From the NCBI GenBank assembly GCA_964529505.1, contig CAZGWR010000014.1:1966-65965 (forward strand): 64,000 bases of DNA. Direction: 5' to 3'. Shown here piece by piece: positions 36,691-44,861 of this stretch; within the stretch, counting starts at the first letter, position 1, and each line of letters begins with the position of its first letter. Made by a program: the position numbers and the translations under genes. The notes below the pieces were generated by a model. It was not told the origin of the DNA and did not search any database. It worked only from the letters and a program-made list of their open reading frames with translations. This stretch comes from an uncultured Novosphingobium sp. (GTDB lineage Bacteria; Pseudomonadota; Alphaproteobacteria; Sphingomonadales; Sphingomonadaceae).

Positions 36691-36894
36691 TCAATTCTGG
36701 TTGGCAGTTAGGCGAGCAAGGCTCCGGGCAATCCGCGCTTCGATGTCTGACGGTGCATCGATCGAGGTCTCAAGGTAATCGCCCTGAATAGAGCAGTTGG
36801 CGCACTCCGCCTTTACAGACATATCGACCGCACCGACTTGAATCGGGGCCGCACTGTTTAAATCCTTGGCTCTATCCATGATCGGTCGGTTCAC
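36691..36894 (-). CDS. Hypothetical 67-aa protein
   Basis: GTG start with GGGAGG 8 nt upstream. VNRPIMDRAKDLNSAAPIQVGAVDMSVKAECANCSIQGDYLETSIDAPSDIEARIARSLARLTANQN. No family recognised. Confidence 0.45.
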   Translation of the reverse strand: MNRPIMDRAKDLNSAAPIQVGAVDMSVKAECANCSIQGDYLETSIDAPSDIEARIARSLARLTANQN

Positions 36895-37011
36895 GACAAC
36901 AACCTCCCATCAATGATCGCAATCGAGCCGGTCGCCTATACCTGGCCAGCACCTTTGTCAAAAGACAAGGGAGTGCATCTGCGAGACGCGTCTGTCGCGC
37001 TCGTCAGCGAG

Positions 37012-37209
37012 TTAGTTCAAAGTCGCTCCGACTTCTGAGGATTTGTCGACGCCTGGCGGCAGCCCAACCACTGTGCGCTCTTCCAGTGCGCTCTCAATGG
37101 CTTCAATTGCACGAGCCACACGGATCGCCGGCAGGTGCAATTCCTGTTGATCCAGTTCGGCAAGCACGCGCACCAATTCAACTGCTATGTCGGTCAATCG
37201 TTGAGGCAT
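37012..37209 (-). CDS. Hypothetical 65-aa helical protein (island family S, copy 1)
   Basis: ORF 37012..37272 trimmed to the ATG at 37209, with AGGA 6 nt upstream. MPQRLTDIAVELVRVLAELDQQELHLPAIRVARAIEAIESAL. It is about 37% identical over 38 aa to 38359..38550. Confidence 0.6.
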   Translation of the reverse strand: MPQRLTDIAVELVRVLAELDQQELHLPAIRVARAIEAIESALEERTVVGLPPGVDKSSEVGATLN

Positions 37210-37756
37210 TTTTTTCCTATGACCCATGTGACGCGCGCTGCGGCACTTTATGCAAGTTTCAGACCTGTTCAACTTAAATATGGGTCATGCCAAAATTGGA
37301 TAATCACATCTCAATAGCTTCTGCCGCAGCAGATGCATACGCATGGTATCGATTTTGCCAACACGTTGATATTGCCCTCAAAGCGTGACGTTTTCAGGTT
37401 GCAACTACCAATTCAATGGTACATGGCGACGCCAAATCCATAGCCTAGAACGCTGCTCTACCCCACGTTGCTACATAAGCAGCATACAAGGTCTTCGCAG
37501 CCAGAACAGCTGCCGATTTGTGTTTTGGTCCGCGCTTTACCAGCGCCCTGTGACGCCGCCTTGCTCCCAGCGAGCACTGCTTCGGGTGCCAGGCAGAAGA
37601 GACCTCGAAGTGTCAGAACAGCCGGATTATCCAGACACTCGGCGGTGAAACTTGGAAAGCTTCCCATCGCCCGTTACCCAAAAAGCGTACTTTTATCAAA
37701 ATTATGTATAGCCCACTCGTCACAAAAGTGTCTATGTTACGGTGCGTTGCGATAAC

Positions 37757-38221
37757 ATGCGGGATATCGCAAGGGGGGCCACAGTTTTGACCGACGTAGA
37801 GTCAGATCGGATCTCGGCATTTGCCTCAACGAATTTTGAACTCGGCGAGGAGGCGCCGTTTGACCACAACGGACAAGCTGATACTAGTCGAAACCGATTG
37901 TTGTTCGTTGCCCGTGCGGAAGCAGCACGACGACGTGATCGCCGGGAATTGCTCGGCGAGTTTGGTATCCTCAGTGACCCCGCCTGGGACATTTTACTCG
38001 AACTTTACATATCCGATGCAACGGGAAGCCAGATCTATGCGTCGCTGATCGGCTCCGAGACAGGAATTCCGCAATCGACCGCCCTGCGCTGGCTCGCTGT
38101 GCTCGAAAAATCCGGCCTCGTGCGCCGGCGCATCGATGTGTTTGACAAAAGACGTCAATGGGTTGGCCTGACACCACGTGCACGGACGATTTTGCAGAAG
38201 CATTTCTCTCGATCGCGCTAA
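37757..38221 (+). CDS. Small winged-helix (MarR-like) DNA-binding protein (island copy 2)
   Basis: ORF 37742..38221 (GTG), or from the ATG at 37757. ...ILSDPAWDILLELYISDATGSQIYASLIGSETGIPQSTALRWLAVLEKSGLVRRR. It is a paralog of 35761..36150. Confidence 0.7.
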   Translation: MRDIARGATVLTDVESDRISAFASTNFELGEEAPFDHNGQADTSRNRLLFVARAEAARRRDRRELLGEFGILSDPAWDILLELYISDATGSQIYASLIGSETGIPQSTALRWLAVLEKSGLVRRRIDVFDKRRQWVGLTPRARTILQKHFSRSR

Positions 38222-38358
38222 CCGTGCAAGGGGCAACGCTGCAAAGTTGCCCCCGCTATGCATCCCACGGCAATCAATGCTGGGAGAATGCCCGTTGAAG
38301 CGAGCATCTCAGAAGCAAGCAGTCTGCTTAGAAATTGTGCTTTGTCAGGCTTGGCTTC

Positions 38359-38550
38359 TTACAGATCCCCGAAACCCGGCCAGTCTCGATCGGTTGGTTT
38401 CTGGATCTGCCACGCGCGCAAATCCGCGAGCGCACTTGCTACATGCACACCTGCCAGATGCACGCCCATCGCATCGAGTTCAGCCAACATGGCTTCCAAC
38501 TCCGCGATCAAGGTAGGCAACCTGTCCTGCAAAAATCGACGCTGCTTCAC
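38359..38550 (-). CDS. Hypothetical 63-aa helical protein (island family S, copy 2)
   Basis: GTG-start ORF: MKQRRFLQDRLPTLIAELEAMLAELDAMGVHLAGVHVASALADLRAW. It shares the RL...EL...LAELD....HL...V.A.A pattern with 37012..37209. Confidence 0.55.
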   Translation of the reverse strand: MKQRRFLQDRLPTLIAELEAMLAELDAMGVHLAGVHVASALADLRAWQIQKPTDRDWPGFGDL

Positions 38551-38936
38551 TGCCTGTCTCAGTCGAAATTTCGGCCATCGGCGATGACTTCTTATGCGGT
38601 CATATAATGGTGAGACATTAAGCCAGCGTTAGCCACCGCTGGTATGCAACCCTTAACGTAGGAGCGTTCAGCGGATGCGCGCCTTGATATCTCGAGCGCG
38701 CACATATTTTCGTCATCGGCCGGAATATGGCCAGTGCAATCAGGTTCTGCTGAGATTGGTGAGCACTTCAATCGGCGACACATGGCACCTTTGGCGCGGC
38801 GGCGTTGCTGTCCACGGATCAATCACCAAATATCGAGCAGTTTCGCTCAATATTCGCCAAACTTAAGTTCTTGTTTTTGGCCCGTAGATTGCGATAGCGC
38901 TCACAGACAGTTTTAATCAAATATCTGCAGCAAGCA

Positions 38937-39551
38937 TCATGCCGCAAGATTATTATCAAGAAGAAAATAATATTTTACGACATCGGCAACGCTGCGCGCG
39001 CCTAACTTGCCCATCATTTTCATCCGATGGATCTCGACTGTTCTCGGGCTGATCTCAAGATCACGGGCAATCATTTTGTTGGTGTGCCCCAAAGCCAGGT
39101 GATCGAGCACCTGCTTTTCCCGGCAGGATAGGCAAGCGATCTTCGAACGTACTTCGGCAAAGGTCCTTCTTTTTGCGCGCTGTGCCTCGGCATCAGGGAG
39201 AACCTGATTGATCAAGGTATTGATTTCGGCCGCCGTCTGCGGAGTTGTGACATAGTCGATGGCTCCTGACTTGATGACACGCACCACGTCGGCCAAGCGC
39301 GGCTGATCACAGAAAGCAATGAGCGGCAGCCACTGGCCGTGAGAGGCCATACTGTCGATGACTTTGTTGACGTATGTTCCGTCGGCCCCGGCGTCGACCA
39401 AGCCTATTCCGCTCGTCTGCGCCGAGGAAACGAGCTCATCGACGCTGGAGTAAATCTCCGCGTGATGCTTCGCATCGAAGACAAGTCGGGCAATCCGTCC
39501 ACGCTCGGCGGCGTCGAGGGACACGATGTGGATAAGGGCGCGCGTGTTCAT
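38937..39551 (-). CDS. FixJ/NarL(LuxR)-type regulator with degenerate pseudo-receiver domain (island copy 2)
   Basis: ORF 38937..39692 trimmed to the ATG at 39551 (MNTRALIHIVSLD). The HTH is LSCREKQVLDHLALGHTNKMIARDLEISPRTVEIHRMKMMGKL. The receiver-like region lacks the acidic pair (VSLD), Thr (LIAFCDQ) and Lys (DYVTTP). The upstream 47 in-frame codons are very AT-rich and look like promoter DNA. Confidence 0.78.
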   Translation of the reverse strand: MNTRALIHIVSLDAAERGRIARLVFDAKHHAEIYSSVDELVSSAQTSGIGLVDAGADGTYVNKVIDSMASHGQWLPLIAFCDQPRLADVVRVIKSGAIDYVTTPQTAAEINTLINQVLPDAEAQRAKRRTFAEVRSKIACLSCREKQVLDHLALGHTNKMIARDLEISPRTVEIHRMKMMGKLGARSVADVVKYYFLLDNNLAA

Positions 39552-39934
39552 GCCGAAGAAATGAGCCACAAACGCAAAGTAGGCTACGATAACAAGCCCC
39601 GTCTTGAAGCGCCATTTTGGCGAAACTTCGATAAGTATATGATTTATAAATGAAATAATGTAGCCAGAGTGATTCATAATCGCGCTGGCCACCTAAGGAG
39701 TTGCACGCAGCGCTCTCACTTAGCAAAAGTTCGCATCGCTCTTTCCCTTGGTCACGGCGAAGTGCCACGCGGCGATCCAAGAAGCCTGCGGCGGGCGAAC
39801 CACGGGACGGGCGGCTAGGGGTGCCGGTTCTGTGGGTCTGTCGAAATGGGCCGACTTCGCCGCATATTGGATCGGGCGGCAAGCTGCCCCCGGCTGCGGA
39901 TTGCAGTCCGGACACTCAGACAAGGAAGACCGCG

Positions 39935-40297
39935 ATGCAGTACGTCATGCTGTTCAACGAAACTAAGTCCGAACGTGACAAGCGCGATGATCCGGTGGCT
40001 GCTGGACCTTATTGGGGCGGCTGGACTGCCTATATGGGCGCACTTGCCCAATCCGGGGCCATGGTCAGCGGCAATGGCCTGCAGCCCCCTGAGACAGGCA
40101 CTGTGCTTCGGGTTGAGAACGGCACGCGCCATGTTGCCGATGGGCCATTCGCCGATACCAAGGAGGCCCTTGGCGGCTATGTCGTGATCGAGGTGCCCGA
40201 CCTTGATGCGGCGCTGGAATGGGCGGCCAGGGCGCCTTGCGCGGTCGCCGGCTCGGTCGAGATCCGCCCCGTCATGCCGCCTCCGCCTTCCGCCTGA
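39935..40297 (+). CDS. YciI-family (DGPF-domain) protein
   Basis: Last 120 codons of ORF 39701..40297, from the ATG at 39935 with AAGGAAG upstream. MQYVMLFNE...ADGPFADTKEALGGYVVIEV. Confidence 0.85.
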   Translation: MQYVMLFNETKSERDKRDDPVAAGPYWGGWTAYMGALAQSGAMVSGNGLQPPETGTVLRVENGTRHVADGPFADTKEALGGYVVIEVPDLDAALEWAARAPCAVAGSVEIRPVMPPPPSA

Positions 40298-40300
40298 ACC

Positions 40301-41527
40301 GTGGACACCGCGCGCCATCCCGCCGCCGACATGGCCGAACGGACGGCGCGCGCGTCCTATGGGCGCCTGCTGTCGGTACTGGCCTCGCGCACCCGCGACA
40401 TCGCCGCAGCCGAGGATGCCTTGGCCGATGCCTTTGCCTCGGCAGTCACCCAGTGGCCGCGCGATGGCGTCCCCGCCAACCCCGAAGGATGGCTGATCAC
40501 GGTCGCGCGGCGCAGCATCGGCCGGCGTGCCGTTCGCGGGGGTGTGGCCGATCGAGCGGTCGAGGTCCTCATCATGCTGGAAGAGGAACGGGCTCGGGAT
40601 TCGGCTTGCCCCCTCGGGGACGAGCGTCTGGCGCTGCTGTTCGTTTGCACCCACCCGGCGATTGATCACGAGGTCCAGGCGCCGCTCATGATGCAGACGG
40701 TCCTGGGGCTCGACGCCAATCGGATCGCCGCCGCTTTTCTGGTCGGAGGGGCGACGATGGGGCAGCGTCTGGTTCGCGCCAAACGCAAGATCCGCGATGC
40801 GGGCATCGCCTTTGCCGTGCCGGATCTGGCCGAAGTCCCCGTCCGCGTCGAGGGCGTGCTCGCTGCCATCTACGCGGCTTACGGGACAGCGTGGGACGAC
40901 GTGCTGGGAGCCGATGCCAAGCTCGTCGGCCTGCGCGACGAGACCCTGTTCCTGGCTCGGCTGCTGGCCGAGCTGCTGCCGGACGAGCCCGAGGTTTTGG
41001 GGCTGCTGGCGCTGATCTTGTACTGCGAGGCCCGCCGCGATGCCAGGCGCGATGCCGCCGGAACCTTCGTTCCACTCCACGTCCAGGACCCGGGCTGCTG
41101 GTCAGGCCCCCTGATCCTTGAAGCCGAACAGGCGCTGCGGCGGGCCGCCGCACGCAATGCCCCTGGCCGCTATCAGACCGAAGCGGCCATCCAGTCGCTG
41201 CACGCCCATCAGCGGATAACCGGCGAGCGCTTCGCTGGACCGTTGGCCAAGCTCTATGACGTGCTCGCCGATCAGGCGCCCACCCTGGGCGTGCTGGTCG
41301 CGCGGGCGGTCGCCCATGCCGAAGCCGGGGCGGCCGAGGCTGGCCTGGCCCAACTCGAGGCGCTGTGCGATACCCGCGGCTATCAACCCTGGTGGGCGGC
41401 GATGGCCCGGGTGGCTTGGCTGGTTGGCGAGACAGACCGGGCGGCCAAGGCAGCGGAGGCCGCTGCGGGCCTCAGCGCCGATCCTTCCATTCGGTCCTTC
41501 CTGCTTACGGGTGGATACGCCCATTGA
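40301..41527 (+). CDS. ECF-type RNA polymerase sigma factor with long C-terminal extension (YciI-associated type)
   Basis: 408-aa GTG ORF starting 4 nt after the YciI stop. Region 2 (PEGWLITVARR) and region 4 (MGQRLVRAKRKI) are recognisable, followed by a helical C-terminal domain of about 230 aa. Confidence 0.8.
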   Translation: MDTARHPAADMAERTARASYGRLLSVLASRTRDIAAAEDALADAFASAVTQWPRDGVPANPEGWLITVARRSIGRRAVRGGVADRAVEVLIMLEEERARDSACPLGDERLALLFVCTHPAIDHEVQAPLMMQTVLGLDANRIAAAFLVGGATMGQRLVRAKRKIRDAGIAFAVPDLAEVPVRVEGVLAAIYAAYGTAWDDVLGADAKLVGLRDETLFLARLLAELLPDEPEVLGLLALILYCEARRDARRDAAGTFVPLHVQDPGCWSGPLILEAEQALRRAAARNAPGRYQTEAAIQSLHAHQRITGERFAGPLAKLYDVLADQAPTLGVLVARAVAHAEAGAAEAGLAQLEALCDTRGYQPWWAAMARVAWLVGETDRAAKAAEAAAGLSADPSIRSFLLTGGYAH

Positions 41528-41781
41528 GGTGCCCCGCATAGCATATCCCAAGCGGGCATTGATTGCCAACGACCGCTTCTGGCAAAAGTACCCGCCCCTC
41601 TGCGCGTCGTGCAGGAAAGACAGAAAAGTTCCGGAGGTCGCCATGCGAAATTGTGTGAACGCGCTTCGATGGCGAAGGTTGGGGCGACAACGGCCGTCAT
41701 GCTGCCCTGCGTTGAAAAACAGTATAAACTCTTTCGTTGTCAGGGGTGCCTGCAACGCATCGCCCGATTTGTCCCGCTTTC

Positions 41782-43848
41782 CTACTGCCCGGTCGCCTGA
41801 TTGAGAAAATCGTTGTTCGCGGCGGGTGGGCCTTCGGGGACGGTTATGCCTTGCTCGCCCGGGGGCGGGCCGTCGGGTCCGGGGCGTCTCGCCGCGCCGG
41901 GTTCGACAATCCTGCCATCGGGATCGACATAGAAATAGTCGTCCGGATTGGCCTGCATGCTCTCGTCGTCAGGCTCCAATTGCCATTGCGGCAGCTTGAG
42001 CTCGGTCTGGAAAGCCTCGACCGGGCGTTTGAGCGTTGCGATCCGCATGTAGGAGGCGAAGGCGCGGGCCGGCGCGGTGCCGCCTTGCAGGCCGGGAACG
42101 GCGCGCGCATCGTCGCGGCCCATCCACACGCCGGTGGTGATCCCGCTCGAAAAGCCGAGGAACCAGCCGTCCTTGTTGGAGCTGGTCGTGCCGGTCTTGC
42201 CCGCCACCGGCCGCCCGATCTGCGCCGCGCGGCCGGTGCCGGTGCTGACGGCGGTCTGCAACAGATCGGTGATCCCTGCCGCGACATAGGGCGGCACCAG
42301 CTGTTGCGGCGCGTCTTCGCGGTGGCTGTAAAGCACCTCGCCATCGACGCTGGTGATCTTGCGGATGCCATAGGGCGCGATCGCCATGCCCTTGGCCTGC
42401 ACTTCGGCAAAGGCGCGGACCATGTCGATCACCCGCACGTCGGACGTGCCCAGCACCATCGAGGGCAGCGTGTTGATCGGGGTGGTGATGCCGAAGCGGC
42501 GCGCCATGCCCGCCACCGCGCTGAAGCCGACTTCGTTGCCGAGCTGCGCCGCGACGGTGTTTTTCGAGTAGGCAAAGGCAGTGCGCACATCGATCGGCCC
42601 GGCGAACGTGCCGCCGGAATTGCGCGGGCTCCAGCCGTTGATGGTCACCGGCTCGTCGACCACGCGGTTGTCTGGCGTGTAGCCCGCCTCGAGCGCGGCG
42701 AGATAGACGAACAGCTTCCACGCCGAGCCGGGCTGGCGCACCGCGTTGACCGCGCGGTTATAATTCGAGGTGACATAGTCGGTGCCGCCGACCATCGCCA
42801 GCACTGCGCCGTCGCGGTCGACGCTGACCAGCGCGCCTTGCGAACCTTTGGGCACATTGGCGATGATCGCGGCGGTGGCGGCGTGCTGCGCGGCGGGATC
42901 GAGCGTGGTCCACACCTCGATCGGCTGATCGTTATCGGGCAACAGCAGATCGAGCTGCGGCAGCACCCAATCGGTGAAATAGCGCGCCGAGTTCTGGCCC
43001 TGCTCCTGCGCGAGCTTGACCCCCTTGAGATCGACGGCATCGGCCTCGGCGGGGGTCAGCACCCCGGTATCCTGCATGGTCTGGATCACCACCCGCGCGC
43101 GGCCGATCGCGGCGGCGGCATCGGCGGTGGGCGAATAGTTCGAGGGTGCCTTGACCAGGCCGGCAATGATCGCCGCCTCGGCCAGGCTGAGCCGGTCGCC
43201 GCCATGGCCGAAGAATTTGCGCGCGGCGGAATCGATGCCATAGGCCCCGCCGCCGAAATAGACCTTGTTGAGATAGAGCTCGAGGATCTGCGACTTGGTG
43301 AATTTGGTTTCGAGCGCCATCGCGAGCAGCGCCTCGCGCACTTTGCGATCGATCGTGCGGCTGTTGTTAAGGAACACATTGCGCGCGAGCTGCTGGGTGA
43401 TGGTCGAGCCGCCCTGCCGCCACCGACCGCTTTGCAGGCGCACCCACAGCGAGCGCACGATGCCGACCGGATCGACCCCCCAATGATCGCGAAAGCGCCG
43501 GTCCTCGACCGAGATGATCGCCGCTTTCATGATGTCGGGAATGCGCTCGTCGGCGATCCAGCGGCCATAGCTCGGCCCCAGGGTGACCATCTCGGACCCG
43601 TCGCTGGCGCGGACCACGATGATCTGCCCGGTCTGCGTCGATTTCAGCCCTTCGTAGCTCGGCAGCGACCGCGCGGTGACGAAGACCGCGCCAGCGAGCG
43701 CAAGCCCGCCCAGCAGCGCGAAGCCGATACCCCAGACGAACAGGCGGCGCAGCCAGCGGCCGATGGCCGAGCTTTCGCCGGAGGACCGCTCACCGCGCGA
43801 AGAGGAGCGGCCCGGTTCGGGGCGCCGGGGAATGTCCCGTCTGGCCAT
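41782..43848 (-). CDS. Class A penicillin-binding protein (PBP1A family transglycosylase/transpeptidase)
   Basis: 688-aa ORF with GT51 motifs (EDRRFRDHWGVD, RKVREA) and transpeptidase motifs (SAWK, SKN, KTGT). Confidence 0.9.
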   Translation of the reverse strand: MARRDIPRRPEPGRSSSRGERSSGESSAIGRWLRRLFVWGIGFALLGGLALAGAVFVTARSLPSYEGLKSTQTGQIIVVRASDGSEMVTLGPSYGRWIADERIPDIMKAAIISVEDRRFRDHWGVDPVGIVRSLWVRLQSGRWRQGGSTITQQLARNVFLNNSRTIDRKVREALLAMALETKFTKSQILELYLNKVYFGGGAYGIDSAARKFFGHGGDRLSLAEAAIIAGLVKAPSNYSPTADAAAAIGRARVVIQTMQDTGVLTPAEADAVDLKGVKLAQEQGQNSARYFTDWVLPQLDLLLPDNDQPIEVWTTLDPAAQHAATAAIIANVPKGSQGALVSVDRDGAVLAMVGGTDYVTSNYNRAVNAVRQPGSAWKLFVYLAALEAGYTPDNRVVDEPVTINGWSPRNSGGTFAGPIDVRTAFAYSKNTVAAQLGNEVGFSAVAGMARRFGITTPINTLPSMVLGTSDVRVIDMVRAFAEVQAKGMAIAPYGIRKITSVDGEVLYSHREDAPQQLVPPYVAAGITDLLQTAVSTGTGRAAQIGRPVAGKTGTTSSNKDGWFLGFSSGITTGVWMGRDDARAVPGLQGGTAPARAFASYMRIATLKRPVEAFQTELKLPQWQLEPDDESMQANPDDYFYVDPDGRIVEPGAARRPGPDGPPPGEQGITVPEGPPAANNDFLNQATGQ

Positions 43849-43944
43849 TAGTGAGGTCCGGCTCCCTGAAAACTTCGCCGCATCGCGTGCGGTCGGGTGG
43901 CGCTATGCGCAAGGCACTTGGAACGCAGGATTAATCGCGCGGGT

Positions 43945-44343
43945 TCATTCCGCAGGTTTGAAATCGAGGCTGGCGCTGTTCATGCAATAGCGCTGCCCCT
44001 CGGGTCCCGGGCCATCGGGAAAGACGTGGCCGAGGTGGCCGTCGCAGCGCGCACAGCGCACTTCGACCCGGACCATGCCATGCGAGACATCGCGGACATT
44101 CTCGACCGCGTCGCTTTCGATCGGCGCGGTGAAGCTGGGCCAGCCCGAGCCGCTGTCGTACTTCGTGTCCGAAGTGAACAGCGGTGCGCCGCAGCCCGCG
44201 CACATATAGGCACCGGTCGCCTTGTTGCGATCATACTTGCCGGTGAACGCGCGCTCGGTGCCCGCCTCGCGGAGCACGTGATACTGCTCGGGGCTCAGCC
44301 GCTCGCGCCATTCGGCTTCGGTCAGGTTCATCTTGTCAGGCAT
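43945..44343 (-). CDS. msrB: Peptide-methionine (R)-S-oxide reductase
   Basis: 132-aa ORF with CAGC...GWPSF...[12 protein letters not shown]. Confidence 0.92.
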   Translation of the reverse strand: MPDKMNLTEAEWRERLSPEQYHVLREAGTERAFTGKYDRNKATGAYMCAGCGAPLFTSDTKYDSGSGWPSFTAPIESDAVENVRDVSHGMVRVEVRCARCDGHLGHVFPDGPGPEGQRYCMNSASLDFKPAE

Positions 44344-44407
44344 CCCGGGTCTCCTTTGCTGCCCATGAAGCGGCCCTGTTGCCGCATCCTTTCAGGGCAA
44401 TATGGGA

Positions 44408-44839
44408 TCAGTTCAAGTGCTCGACAATGAGCACGGTGCCATGATGCCCGGTTATCCGCATGCGCGTGCCCGGCTGCGCGTCGGGACCTTGCGCCAGCCA
44501 TTCGGTATCGCCGTGGCGGACCCGCCCGGTGCCGCCCTCGATGACATGGCTGACCACGCCGGTTTCACCCACCAGCTGCCCGCCGCGATCATTGAGCATG
44601 GGATCGGGCGAGACGAGCGGATTGCGCCTGAGCCAGCGCCGTGCCGCGCCGAGCATTAGCGCACAAAGGATCGCAAAGAGCAACACTTGCACGGTGAGAT
44701 CGACCGGCATGGCCGAGGCGACGACCCCGGTGACCAGCGCCGCCGCGGCCAGCCAGATCAGGAAATAGCCCGGCGCGACGAGCTCGGCGATGGCAAGCGC
44801 GACGCCGAGCGCCATCCAGCCCCATTGCAGGCCGAACAT
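44408..44839 (-). CDS. NfeD-family membrane protein
   Basis: ORF 44408..44968 trimmed to MFGLQWGWMALGVALAIAELV. It has TM helices plus a C-terminal OB-like domain, and lies directly downstream of an SPFH gene. Confidence 0.8.
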   Translation of the reverse strand: MFGLQWGWMALGVALAIAELVAPGYFLIWLAAAALVTGVVASAMPVDLTVQVLLFAILCALMLGAARRWLRRNPLVSPDPMLNDRGGQLVGETGVVSHVIEGGTGRVRHGDTEWLAQGPDAQPGTRMRITGHHGTVLIVEHLN

Positions 44840-44861
44840 CTGGGTGAGCCACTCCACTGGC

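Noticed and set aside
36231-36791. Plus-strand ORFs 36231-36473 and 36555-36791 inside the island.
   Set aside because: They have no RBS and an odd composition, and they are antisense to minus-strand ORFs that at least have RBS or overlap signals.
39552-39692. 47-codon N-terminal extension of pseudo-receiver copy 2, containing a hydrophobic stretch that could be a TM helix.
   Set aside because: This segment is extremely AT-rich (ATAAATCATATACTTATC...), unlike the gene body, and looks like promoter DNA. I cannot fully exclude it, because copy 1 also has about 45 residues before its receiver.
34460-39930. The island considered as a prophage, ICE, IS element or genomic island with integration hallmarks.
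   Set aside because: It has no integrase, transposase or phage genes, no flanking tRNA, and no direct repeats at the borders that I could see.
39701-39934. 78-codon N-terminal extension of the YciI ORF (TTG start at 39701).
   Set aside because: The TTG directly abuts the AAGGAG with no spacer. The extension is Arg/Ser/Gly-rich. The ATG at 39935 has a proper RBS and gives a normal YciI length.
41528-41781. Small ORFs or an sRNA in the 254-bp convergent spacer between the ECF sigma gene and PBP1A.
   Set aside because: The ORFs (61-63 aa) lack RBS and any family features. Only weak, long-loop hairpins are present, so nothing is supportable from sequence alone.
41737-43851. 704-aa plus-strand ORF.
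   Set aside because: It is an antisense shadow of the PBP1A gene.
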